DNA of 64,000 nt from Candidatus Hodarchaeota archaeon (GTDB lineage: Archaea; Asgardarchaeota; Lokiarchaeia; Sigyniarchaeales; SOKP01), in contig JBHLJY010000009.1 of assembly GCA_048887225.1 (NCBI GenBank), positions 39,329-103,328 on the forward strand, written 5' to 3'. Below are positions 20,505 through 29,989 of the stretch, in pieces (position 1 is the stretch's first letter; every line of letters begins with the position of its first letter). The position numbers were made by a program, and so were the translations under genes. A model generated the notes under the pieces. That model ran no database searches. It was given only the letters and a program-made list of their open reading frames with translations, and was not told the origin of the DNA.

Positions 20505-20588
20505 ATATAGTATCACAATTGCAAACATTTATATACTTGATAGGATATGTGTTAATTAACTAATTTTGTCGCAGGGTTTAATTATAAG

Positions 20589-21038
20589 ATGCCTGAAAAC
20601 GAAGAAGAAATAAAAAGGAAGTCACGCATCACAATAGGATTAGACGATTTTGACTATAGGGTAGTCAACAAAATGTCTATGAATAGAAACTTGCCTCTTT
20701 CAGAAGTTATCAGAATTGTAGTACATCAATGGATTGAGTTTAATCCTGAAATTTTAAAACGAAATTATGGCATTGAGTTACAAGATATAACAGAGGAAAT
20801 TCAAAGCGAATCCTTAGAAATTTCTATTGATAAAACTCTAAAACCATATGAAAAAGCTATGATTAAAGAATTACCAGAATTTTTTGAATTAGTAAATGAT
20901 GTAGGTATAGAAGATCTTGCAGAACATTTCAATCTCAATCCTAAAGCAATAAAAAATATTATTTTTACTCATGGTAAAGAAATCAAAAATGTTGGATTAA
21001 ATTTAAAATTAAAAGAAGGAAGAATATATAAAAACTAG
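20589..21038 (+). CDS. Ribbon-helix-helix (CopG-like) protein with C-terminal wHTH-like domain
   Basis: KSRITIGLDD...MSMNRNLPLSEVIRIVVHQW is an RHH pattern; C-terminal VGIEDLAEHFNL. Confidence 0.7.
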   Translation: MPENEEEIKRKSRITIGLDDFDYRVVNKMSMNRNLPLSEVIRIVVHQWIEFNPEILKRNYGIELQDITEEIQSESLEISIDKTLKPYEKAMIKELPEFFELVNDVGIEDLAEHFNLNPKAIKNIIFTHGKEIKNVGLNLKLKEGRIYKN

Positions 21039-21041
21039 TAT

Positions 21042-21641
21042 TTAGTCGCTAAGTTCCAATTCTTCTTCACTTTCTTTGATAGCATTTACAAATATTTCAG
21101 TAACCATTCTAAACGCTTTTTCTACATTTTCTCCTGTTTTTGCCGATGTCTCAATATAAGGGATCTCCATGTTCTTGTATCCTGGATATTTTATATACAA
21201 GGATTTTATAAATCTGACAACTTCTTTATTATCTATTGACCTTTCTTCTTCTAAATCGACTTTATTTCCAATTAAAATAGTGGGAATTGCGGGCTCTTCT
21301 AATCCCATATACATGTCATTAAACCAATGTTCTAGATTCATTAAGCTACTAAAACGAGTTAAATCAAAGACAGCTAAACAAATCATAGTCCCTAAATAAA
21401 ATAGAGATCTAACTTCCTTAAAATGTGGTTGCCCCGCCAAATCCCAAATTAATACTTTAACTTTTTCACCATTTTTGCCGATTTGAATTATTTCTGAATA
21501 GAAATTGGCACCAACTGTCATTAGATAAGCAGTTGAGAAAAATCCATGGCAGAAATTCTCAGCTAGACTTGTTTTTCCTGTAGCACCGTCACCAATCAAG
21601 ACAGCTTTTGCAAGGTAAGCATAATCTTTAGAGATGCTCAT
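21042..21641 (-). CDS. Rab-like small GTPase (Ras superfamily)
   Basis: G1 GDGATGKT, G2 TVG, G3 WDLAGQ, G4 NKVD and G5 ETSAK. Confidence 0.95.
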   Translation of the reverse strand: MSISKDYAYLAKAVLIGDGATGKTSLAENFCHGFFSTAYLMTVGANFYSEIIQIGKNGEKVKVLIWDLAGQPHFKEVRSLFYLGTMICLAVFDLTRFSSLMNLEHWFNDMYMGLEEPAIPTILIGNKVDLEEERSIDNKEVVRFIKSLYIKYPGYKNMEIPYIETSAKTGENVEKAFRMVTEIFVNAIKESEEELELSD

Positions 21642-21698
21642 AAAGCAATTTGAGAAATATGTATAAAACTATATTATGAATATAAAGATAATAAGTTT

Positions 21699-22487
21699 TC
21701 ATTTATATTTTTTAATGAATCCTTTTAAAGGAGTAAAATATTCCTCTTTATAGGAAAAAATATCATTATGCCCAGCACCCTCTATTAAAACTAATTTTTT
21801 ATCAATTCCCTCTTTAATAGAATTAAATATAGCTTTTCCCTCTTCGCATGGAATAATCCAATCCATTGTTCCATGAATTATTAAGGTTGGTTTTTGAAAT
21901 TTTTTAATTCTCGTATCGTTTGAATATTCACTCAAGTTTGCTGGAGTAATATCTGGACTTCGCACTCCAAACAATCTTGTCATCATATTATAAATACTAG
22001 CAAATCCACTTTCAAAGATAACACCATTAAGCTCTTTTGGATTATGCGAACCTATTTCGGATGCGCAAACGCTTCCAAGTGATCGTCCTTGAACAAATAA
22101 TGAATTTTTCAGATTATTATTAATCATCCATTCTTTAAATTGTATATAAATTGGCATAGCATCTGTAATTAAACCAGAATATATTGGCTGCCCGGTACTG
22201 TGACCGTATCCACGAAAATCTGCTACAGCTAAATTTATATCACACTCAAAAAATAGTTCATAAAAATATCTATAATCAAGCGCAATTTCGCCGTTCCCGT
22301 GAAAAAATAAAATGGTTGGCAAGTTTGAATCCTTTATATAACAATAACCTCCAATTAAAATATCTTCACTTATTTGAAAATTTAAAGCTTTAATCTCATG
22401 AGGTAAATCATTAGGAATTGATGTTTTTCTTGGATAAAAGACAACCGATGAGATTCGTGGATCATCTATTAATTGTTTAATCGCCAT
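21699..22487 (-). CDS. Alpha/beta hydrolase (ABHD13/ABHD17/Bem46-like)
   Basis: FFHGNGE, DFRGYG, GRSLG nucleophile elbow, HGTMD and GAGHND. Confidence 0.9.
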   Translation of the reverse strand: MAIKQLIDDPRISSVVFYPRKTSIPNDLPHEIKALNFQISEDILIGGYCYIKDSNLPTILFFHGNGEIALDYRYFYELFFECDINLAVADFRGYGHSTGQPIYSGLITDAMPIYIQFKEWMINNNLKNSLFVQGRSLGSVCASEIGSHNPKELNGVIFESGFASIYNMMTRLFGVRSPDITPANLSEYSNDTRIKKFQKPTLIIHGTMDWIIPCEEGKAIFNSIKEGIDKKLVLIEGAGHNDIFSYKEEYFTPLKGFIKKYK

Positions 22488-22534
22488 TTTTAAATATTAA
22501 ATTATAAACGATAAATTATAAAAAAAAGGAATAA

Positions 22535-23257
22535 TTATGCTTTTAGACCTAAATACATCCATACTGCGAATGTCATCATAGCTCCTCTCCAAATTCCTAA
22601 ATATAATCCAGGGGCAAATAACGAATCAGCTAATCCGCAAATAAAGAAAATTAAGAAACCTATGAATAAATAAGTAAATTTCTTTCTTAGTTCGCCATTT
22701 GCTTGCTTTGCTTTTATAGCAAATCCTATTACTAAAAACACAAGAACAGATACTAAAAAGATGGCAACTAAATAAAATGCTAGATTATTTCTGCTAAAAG
22801 AAGAATCAATTAAATCACCTTCGGCATATGGATTAAATTCAAAGGCTCCTGTTGGTCCAATTGGATTTGTAAATATCAGGATCTCAAAGATTATGCCTAA
22901 TACTGTATAAATACCTATTATTACTTTTTTCCACTCAGGTATCATGAGTTCGGAACCAAGATAAAAAGCGCCTACAACTCCTGGAGCAACCCATACATAA
23001 GACAACCATCCATAGAGATGTTCGGGAGAGATATTTCTTCCTGTTAACATTACCATAAAAAAGTCTGTTGCTGGCCCCAACCAAAACAACCCTATGTTAA
23101 TCATCACTAAACCTGCTACACCAAGGAGTTTAGCTTCTAATTTTCTAGCGTGATAAAAGGATATTATTCCAAAGATTACTGAAAATAAAATTATGCCTGT
23201 AGCCGTTATTCCGTCAATAAATCCTAAAAGGGAAAGATTTCCTATTTCTCGAGCCAT
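22535..23257 (-). CDS. Stand-alone seven-TM membrane protein (HisKA_7TM-like)
   Basis: Seven hydrophobic segments, with a long loop between TM4 and TM5. Confidence 0.7.
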   Translation of the reverse strand: MAREIGNLSLLGFIDGITATGIILFSVIFGIISFYHARKLEAKLLGVAGLVMINIGLFWLGPATDFFMVMLTGRNISPEHLYGWLSYVWVAPGVVGAFYLGSELMIPEWKKVIIGIYTVLGIIFEILIFTNPIGPTGAFEFNPYAEGDLIDSSFSRNNLAFYLVAIFLVSVLVFLVIGFAIKAKQANGELRKKFTYLFIGFLIFFICGLADSLFAPGLYLGIWRGAMMTFAVWMYLGLKA

Positions 23258-23399
23258 ATAATTTTTACACCTATTTTAAATAATTATTATTATTTAACTC
23301 CACAATTATTTAAATTTTTAACTAATTTGAAAAAAAAATTTTAATTGCTTATATAATAAGTTAGTTATCTATTTTTATCTTTTTAGATAAATTTCTTTT

Positions 23400-24299
23400 C
23401 TATTTTTTATATTTTAATCCATGTTTCTTTTCTCTTCTAATAAATTTCTCCACATCGTAGGGGATTTTTTCGCCTGTATCTACGATTCTTCTTAATGTAA
23501 CTTTTTTACTTTCTTCTACCATCATTTGGGTAGGTTGATATTTTCTAGCAGGATTTCCAATATATATCCAATCAGGTTCTAAAATTTGTCCGATGTGTGT
23601 TGTTGCCCATACACCTAACGTTGTACCTTTTCCAATAACAGTACCAGGTGCGACAATTGCATTTCCTCCAATAATAACATGATCTCCAATTATAACTTTT
23701 TTTATTAAAAGATGATCTGCAATAATCATACTTGATAGTACCACAGCTCCTTGCCCCAACATTATACTCTCCCCATAATCAATAAATTCAACATCACTCC
23801 ATCCGTCGAACATCGTACTTTTAAAGTCTGCTCTCATGTCACACATTTTAAAAGCTAAATTAGAGGCCCAAGGAAAGGCAAAATTATTCCAAGTCCAAAA
23901 AATAAATTTTTTAATGGCTATTCTAAGACAATAAAAATAATAATCCTTATCTTTTTTATCTATTCTAAAAAGGCCTTCTCGTGGTTTATGAATTAATTGT
24001 AAAATTAATAAGAAAAGTTTACCAAAAAGCAAACTAGAGAGAATATAAATTCCCCACCAAGCCATTACATCAACAATTATAATTAAAATTCTCCACCAAT
24101 TTGAAAAAGTCCCATCCATCGCAGAGGTATAAAATGTTAAAATTAAAACAGATGGCATCATAAATGATAATATATGCAATAGACTATAGAGAAATATTGC
24201 TGTTGGCGTCCAGGTAAATGCATTTGTAGTTATTGGATATTGTTCTATGTCGATGGATTCAAAATCTTCAATATTAACATTTTTACCCTCATTCTCCAT
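23400..24299 (-). CDS. Membrane protein with 2 TM plus left-handed beta-helix (acyltransferase-like) domain
   Basis: HKPREGLF..YYFYCLR; hexapeptide repeats VIIGDHVIIGGNAIVAPGTVIG; YIGNPAR. Confidence 0.85.
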   Translation of the reverse strand: MENEGKNVNIEDFESIDIEQYPITTNAFTWTPTAIFLYSLLHILSFMMPSVLILTFYTSAMDGTFSNWWRILIIIVDVMAWWGIYILSSLLFGKLFLLILQLIHKPREGLFRIDKKDKDYYFYCLRIAIKKFIFWTWNNFAFPWASNLAFKMCDMRADFKSTMFDGWSDVEFIDYGESIMLGQGAVVLSSMIIADHLLIKKVIIGDHVIIGGNAIVAPGTVIGKGTTLGVWATTHIGQILEPDWIYIGNPARKYQPTQMMVEESKKVTLRRIVDTGEKIPYDVEKFIRREKKHGLKYKK

Positions 24300-25902
24300 T
24301 ATATTCCCCCCCTGTGAATCTTAAAATTTCTTCTTTTTTGAGTCTTCTGATTGGAAAGCCTGAATATATTCCATTATCTCCAATTTTATCGTATTTTATT
24401 GTTGTAGCACTTGGTAGAAACGTTGCGTGATTTCCTATTTCCAAGCCTGGCATCCCACCAGTTAAAGAATTAAAAACACAATTATTGCCAATTTCTACTC
24501 CGAAGAAAGTTAGATTCTCCTCGCCATAGACACCATCTACAAGGTGATTAGATAGGTGAGCAAAGGTTCCTAAATAACAATTCTTTCCAAAATTAATATG
24601 GCTATGAATATAAGATTCTTCTAGAACTGTACCTTTTCCAATTTTGTTAGAACCGATAAATCTTAACTCCCATTTAAGCAACCATGGAAATGGTGAACGC
24701 ATAATTGCGAAAATTGGATATTTCATTAAAAAGGATCTAAAATGATAATAATCTAACATAGTTGAAGATTCAGATAGATTTCTATCAAAAAGACCTTGAG
24801 CAGGTCCTCTTTTATCCGCAAATCTATAAATCCACCTTGTAAATAAAGCTACAAAGAATAGATGTAACAAATAAATACTAATAAAAATCAATGGAGTGAG
24901 AAGTAAGATAATAATTATTTTCAAATCTAAAAGTAGCCCAAAAGAAAATGGAATTGTTAGAAGATTAGGAATGAGGAATCCAAAAAAAAAAAAGATAAAA
25001 AGAAAGCCAGGTATTATATAGGAACCACCAGTAATAAGCCAACCCGATGATATATATGCTTGATAAGGTACACTTAACGCTTTTGTTTCTGCTTTTAGGA
25101 TAACCTCATTAACTTCTTTTTCAGTATCCTTTTCAAAGATCTGTTGTTTAATCTCTTTTTTATTTTTTAAAGGGCTGTTTGTCATAATTCTTCTAGCTGG
25201 TATACCATTATATATCGAATTGCCTTTAAGATGTTGATTAATTGTAGTCATAGTATTTGCTCCAAGTATTGTGTTAGATTCTATAATAGTTCCAGGAGCA
25301 ACGCAAGAATGTGCAGAAATAATAACATTATCTTTTATTACAACTTTCTTTATAAGTAATTTATCTCTGATAATAATATTAGACATTATGATACTTCCTT
25401 GCCCAATTTTTACATTTCTCCCAAATTTAATAAATTCACAATCAACCCAACCTTCATTCAATGAATTAATTCTATTTGTTTTTACACCAAGTATTTTTAA
25501 TGCCAAGGTTTCAAGAATTGGTAAATTTATTTGACGTGCCAACCAAAAGGGCCATTTTCTGATTATAGCCCTCAAGCTCCAATAGCAATATTCCTCATCG
25601 TTTTTATTTCTATTAAAGATCCCCTCTCTTGGCTTATGCATTATATTTATAAAAATGAGGAAAATTTTTGCCACTATTATTGAACTTATAAATAGAATAA
25701 TTATACCTATGAAGAAAACAAACGGAAAAAGAATGAAGAAAATTATATTAAACTTCGGAAAAAACTGCCAAAAATACCAAAACCAAATTATTGCTGGCTG
25801 AGCACTTAAGGTAATAATAATAAAATAAATAATAAGATAGTTTTTTTTCGCTAAAGTATTAGTTGTTCTAGGCCCCTCTCTTAATGATGATGGTATCGAA
25901 AT
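24289..25902 (-). CDS. Membrane protein with two (2 TM + beta-helix) repeats; start probably ATT at 25902
   Basis: The track starts at GTG 25674, but the frame is open to 25914 and encodes two TM helices there. Two hexapeptide domains end YNGIPAR and YSGFPIR. Confidence 0.8.
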   Translation of the reverse strand: MSIPSSLREGPRTTNTLAKKNYLIIYFIIITLSAQPAIIWFWYFWQFFPKFNIIFFILFPFVFFIGIIILFISSIIVAKIFLIFINIMHKPREGIFNRNKNDEEYCYWSLRAIIRKWPFWLARQINLPILETLALKILGVKTNRINSLNEGWVDCEFIKFGRNVKIGQGSIIMSNIIIRDKLLIKKVVIKDNVIISAHSCVAPGTIIESNTILGANTMTTINQHLKGNSIYNGIPARRIMTNSPLKNKKEIKQQIFEKDTEKEVNEVILKAETKALSVPYQAYISSGWLITGGSYIIPGFLFIFFFFGFLIPNLLTIPFSFGLLLDLKIIIILLLTPLIFISIYLLHLFFVALFTRWIYRFADKRGPAQGLFDRNLSESSTMLDYYHFRSFLMKYPIFAIMRSPFPWLLKWELRFIGSNKIGKGTVLEESYIHSHINFGKNCYLGTFAHLSNHLVDGVYGEENLTFFGVEIGNNCVFNSLTGGMPGLEIGNHATFLPSATTIKYDKIGDNGIYSGFPIRRLKKEEILRFTGGEYNGE

Positions 25903-25990
25903 TGTAAGATCACTTTAAACAATAATGTTTCTTTGCCTAAATATTAAAAATAATACTGTTTTTCTAATTAAATCTTTTTATTCGAAAATA

Positions 25991-26007
25991 AGGTTTTCAA
26001 AAAACCT
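25991..26007. promoter_or_regulatory. Inverted repeat AGGTTTT-CAA-AAAACCT in a divergent promoter region
   Basis: Perfect 7-bp inverted repeat seen in the sequence; AT-rich, so it may be chance. Confidence 0.3.
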
Positions 26008-26110
26008 CTTAAAATTTTTAACATATGGAAATTTCAAATTCATAAATATTAAAATCTAATAACATTGCTAATAAAATCTTAAAGTTAAATTATATGGGGA
26101 TAAAAAAATA

Positions 26111-27640
26111 ATGAGTGAACCATTTTTTTGGTGGACAGAAGAGCAAAAAGAAATTGCTCAAAAGGTATCCCAATTTGTTGAAGATCATCTTGAAGAGGCG
26201 GAATCTTATTTTTGGAATAAGAAATTCCCATGGCCTCTGGTAAAAAAGGTAGCTGCCCAGGGTTATTTTGGAGCAGGGATACCAAAAGAATATGGAGGTT
26301 TAGAATTAGGTGCAACTGGTAGTTGTATTGTTGCTGAGGGACTAGGGAGATTATATGCCGTAGGACATGTTTTTACTGTTTCTATGCTTGCGGGATTGGA
26401 ACAGATGTTAAAATTTGCATCTGAGGAACAAAAGCAAAAGTGGCTTCCTAAATGTGCGAAAGGTGAACAGTTAGGTGCTTTATGTATTACCGAGCCCTTT
26501 GCTGGTTCAGATGCTGCTAATGTAATGACCACGGCTGTAAGAGATGGCAATGAATGGATTATTAACGGAAAAAAAAGATTCATAACTGGAGGGGGCGTCT
26601 CTGATAGGTATTTCATTTATGCGAAAACAAGTGATGATCCCGAGGATAGAAAACAATATAGTCATATAACATCATTTATTGTCGAAAAGGGAACTCCAGG
26701 TTTTTCTTTAGAAAAAGTTAATCCCTTAATTGGATTTGAAAACGTTCCTAATGCTTATTTAGACTTTGACGATGCAAGAATTCCTGACGAAAACCGTATT
26801 GGCGCTGTTGGTAAAGGTTGGACTGTTATGATGGCTGGTCTAAATTTTGAGCGGCTGATTGCCGCAGTAGTTTTTAGTGGAATAATTTTTGATGTGATAA
26901 CTCTACTTTTTTATTATACTAAAAGGCGTGTGCAATTCAATCGCTCAATTAACCAATTTCCTGGTATTCAAAATGAAATCGCTGATATAATCGCAAAATA
27001 CAAAATGGCTAGATTGTTTTCCTATCATTGCGCATACTTGTTAGATATGGGAATGGAACCTATGGTTGATGCTTCAATCTCTAAAATGTTCAATACCCAA
27101 TGGGTAAGAGAAATAGGGACTAAAGCAATTCAAGTAATGGGGGGCGATGGATTGACGAAATTTTATCCGACCGAAAGGATATTAAAGGAAGCAAAGATAG
27201 GTGAAGTTGCTGCTGGAACAAATGAGATCCAAAAAATGATAATTTATCGCTTTTCAGCTATGCTTCCTAAATATAATCATACTCACAGGCTTAGATGGAA
27301 CGATGAAGTAAAAGCACCAGTTCTCTCAAAAAAAGAATCGCAATTTAAAGGATTAGAAATTAATGACGACAACATACTAAAAGTTATAGCCCATGATTAT
27401 AAAGTAAATCCAGGGATATATATGACTCCTGATGATGTTAGGGAAGATATCGGTGGAAGTCGTTCAAAAATAAAAAGATGCTTTGAATCCCTAGAAGAAA
27501 AAAAATTAATTGTGACTCATCGAGATCGAGCTGGTAAGATAGCATTAGTTAAAGCTACTTATGAAGGATTAAAGAAAGCATTTCCAAAGGAATATTATCG
27601 GTGGTTCCCAGACTGGTACTCCGATTCGGATAAATTTTAG
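26111..27640 (+). CDS. Acyl-CoA dehydrogenase with C-terminal wHTH-like extension
   Basis: ITEPFAGSD, NGKKRFITGG, QVMGGDG and AGTNEIQK, plus about 120 extra aa. Confidence 0.92.
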   Translation: MSEPFFWWTEEQKEIAQKVSQFVEDHLEEAESYFWNKKFPWPLVKKVAAQGYFGAGIPKEYGGLELGATGSCIVAEGLGRLYAVGHVFTVSMLAGLEQMLKFASEEQKQKWLPKCAKGEQLGALCITEPFAGSDAANVMTTAVRDGNEWIINGKKRFITGGGVSDRYFIYAKTSDDPEDRKQYSHITSFIVEKGTPGFSLEKVNPLIGFENVPNAYLDFDDARIPDENRIGAVGKGWTVMMAGLNFERLIAAVVFSGIIFDVITLLFYYTKRRVQFNRSINQFPGIQNEIADIIAKYKMARLFSYHCAYLLDMGMEPMVDASISKMFNTQWVREIGTKAIQVMGGDGLTKFYPTERILKEAKIGEVAAGTNEIQKMIIYRFSAMLPKYNHTHRLRWNDEVKAPVLSKKESQFKGLEINDDNILKVIAHDYKVNPGIYMTPDDVREDIGGSRSKIKRCFESLEEKKLIVTHRDRAGKIALVKATYEGLKKAFPKEYYRWFPDWYSDSDKF

Positions 27641-27678
27641 ATTATATTTTTAACTTAATCTTTTTCTTTTATTTTAAA

Positions 27679-28335
27679 TTAATCATCGATTTCACCTGAT
27701 AAAATTCCAGCGATCCATAATTCAGTATTTATCAAAAAGATATGAATAACCAGAATAATTGTTAAAATTAGCATAATTCGATGTACTAATATAAATCGTT
27801 TATATCCAAATTTCTTAAGCTTTTTCATATCTCTCAAGTAAAAAGATAAAATTGAAACAAAAATCATTATAAAAGCAAAGATAATACCATTCCAAATTTT
27901 AATTAGAAATAGATTATAAGGATAATGTTCAATATTTTTTGCTAAAGCAACACTCCTCCAAGGTTCTGAGATGAATAAAAATAATACATGAAATCCTAGT
28001 ATTATATTCGTTATTAATGCTCCAATACAATGAAAATCCTTAGCTTTTCTCTTACCATGAAATAATTTAGCATGTTTATTAGTAGTAAATCCTTGAAAAG
28101 ATGATAAAATAAACCAGATTAAAGTTGTAAAACCCAAGGCTCTCCCTAAAATCCAGAGAGTTGCATCGATTCCCCTCCCACGAGAAGTATGATGATGACA
28201 TCCATTAATTTGATGATTCAGATTAATTAAAATTAAAGGAATAATTATCGAAATAAATAAAATAAGAAAGTCTAAATAAATAAATTTTTTATACCAATTT
28301 ATCTTTTTTTTAAAACCTGAATTACTGTTTTCTAT
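27679..28335 (-). CDS. Ferric-reductase-like (MsrQ/cytochrome b) transmembrane protein; start probably ATA at 28335
   Basis: Paired TM His residues FHC..x..FHV and VHR..x..IHI. The frame is open upstream of TTG 28137 to TGA 28344 and adds a TM segment and WILGRALG. Confidence 0.7.
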   Translation of the reverse strand: MENSNSGFKKKINWYKKFIYLDFLILFISIIIPLILINLNHQINGCHHHTSRGRGIDATLWILGRALGFTTLIWFILSSFQGFTTNKHAKLFHGKRKAKDFHCIGALITNIILGFHVLFLFISEPWRSVALAKNIEHYPYNLFLIKIWNGIIFAFIMIFVSILSFYLRDMKKLKKFGYKRFILVHRIMLILTIILVIHIFLINTELWIAGILSGEIDD

Positions 28336-28477
28336 TGAGAATCACTTTATTTTCATTATACTTAATCTAAAAACTTATTTCAATAAAAATTATGTATTTT
28401 TAAATTATTCAATAACATTCTTATACCCGCTAATGAAATAATTATATAATAATCTGTTTGATTACAGAGGTGATTTT

Positions 28478-29053
28478 TTGGATATCCAACTTCCTAAACC
28501 TAAGCTTGAAGGGAAAAAAAGTCTTGAAGAATGTATATTTGAAAGAGAAAGTATTAGAAGATTTTTAGATAAAGAAATTGAACTTGAAAAAATTTCGCAA
28601 ATTTTGTGGGCAACTCAGGGTAAGAAAGGTAATAAGAGAACAGTACCCTCTGCTGGTGCAACATATCCGTTAGAAATATTTGTAGTATTAAAAAAAAAAG
28701 GAATATTTCAGTACAACTTAAAGAAACATAATCTTGAACTGAAATTTGAGGGCGAATTTAGTGAAAAGTTAGCGAATGCATCATACCGTCAATATTTTAT
28801 TCACGAGGCTCCTTTAAATATAATAATCTGTGCTGAATTTGCAAGAACATGTTATCGTTATGGTGAAAGAGGAGTAAGATATGTATTAATAGAAGTTGGA
28901 CATTGCGCTCAAAATATACATCTAGAAGCTGTAGCCTTAGGATTGGGATCCGTCCCAATAGGTGCCTTTAACGATAAAAAAGTAAAAAGGGTACTAAATC
29001 TCCCTGATAAAATTGAACCTCTTTATATCATTCCTATTGGATATCCCTCATAG
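28478..29053 (+). CDS. SagB/ThcOx-family FMN nitroreductase-fold protein
   Basis: RESIRRF, RTVPSAGATYPLE and EVGHCAQN; GAGGTGA RBS. Confidence 0.92.
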   Translation: MDIQLPKPKLEGKKSLEECIFERESIRRFLDKEIELEKISQILWATQGKKGNKRTVPSAGATYPLEIFVVLKKKGIFQYNLKKHNLELKFEGEFSEKLANASYRQYFIHEAPLNIIICAEFARTCYRYGERGVRYVLIEVGHCAQNIHLEAVALGLGSVPIGAFNDKKVKRVLNLPDKIEPLYIIPIGYPS

Positions 29054-29086
29054 AAATTAGAATTTTTCTAAAAAGAGAATCTGTTT

Positions 29087-29830
29087 ATGATGAATAGCAT
29101 ATTTGACTGGTTTGAAAAAATTAAGAAATCAAATGATCCTGAAAAAATTAATGATTTTTTAATAGAGATAAGTAAACATCCGCGACCGGAATATCTCTCT
29201 TTAATAGATTATTTTATAGGAAATCTCGCTCCTAAAATCCATGAAAAAACAAAAATAAACTTAATTTATAATTTGGGTGAATTAGGTAAACTAAAAAGAA
29301 TGGATCTTAAATTTATTGATTATTTAATGAATGAATATTATAATTCAGATAGATGGATTCGAAATGAGATAATAATAGCATTTGATAAAATTTCTATAAA
29401 CATACATTTATCAGAGCAAGTAATAGGACTAATTGGAAAAGCATTAAATGAAGATTATGAACCAATTAAAACAAACTCACTTAAAGTGTTATCGCATGTT
29501 GAAAATATCCCAATGTTTACCTTAAGGAATGTAATCCAAGTTTTAAACACATCTACTTCTGAAATTGAGGAATTAAGCACAATGATTCTACAAAAAGCTA
29601 TTAGAAACGAAAATAATTTATTTGATTTGTTAAAATTTTCTAAAACTTATAAAAATTTGAATAAGAAAGCAATAAGATCCGTTTTATTAATAAACTTAAA
29701 TTCGATTGTTAGTTTAGAATCTTTCGGAGAGTTAGTTTCGAAATCAAAATGGGAAAGTGAATTTAAAGAAAGATTTCTAAGCGAGATTAGCAATTACGAG
29801 AATCTATTGTTGAAAAAATCATTAATTTAA
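29087..29830 (+). CDS. HEAT/ARM-repeat hypothetical protein
   Basis: SDRWIRNEIIIAF and ALNEDYEPIKTNSLKVL. Confidence 0.65.
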   Translation: MMNSIFDWFEKIKKSNDPEKINDFLIEISKHPRPEYLSLIDYFIGNLAPKIHEKTKINLIYNLGELGKLKRMDLKFIDYLMNEYYNSDRWIRNEIIIAFDKISINIHLSEQVIGLIGKALNEDYEPIKTNSLKVLSHVENIPMFTLRNVIQVLNTSTSEIEELSTMILQKAIRNENNLFDLLKFSKTYKNLNKKAIRSVLLINLNSIVSLESFGELVSKSKWESEFKERFLSEISNYENLLLKKSLI

Positions 29831-29989
29831 AATCTCATCGATAGTCGTTATTTTTATTTAAAAATTTTAGTTGAAGTAAGGATTGTAGGAGCTCTTCAAT
29901 TATTTATAAATCAATAATAATATATATTAAAGTTTTCATATGGAATCTTAGTCATCTAAATTATTTTAGGAATTTTCTAGGTAATAAGT

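Noticed and set aside
22535-23257. 7TM protein as a rhodopsin or true GPCR
   Set aside because: No retinal-binding Lys motif within helix 7 and no GPCR motifs; the TM count alone is insufficient.
28342-28356. ATG AAA ATA AAG TGA in frame with the ferric-reductase-like gene, suggesting selenocysteine readthrough
   Set aside because: The TGA is part of the GTGA ribosome-binding motif, is not in a redox motif context, and I saw no SECIS-like hairpin.
28478-29053. SagB-like gene as part of a RiPP (azole peptide) cluster
   Set aside because: No YcaO, precursor peptide or transporter is adjacent; stand-alone members are common in archaea.
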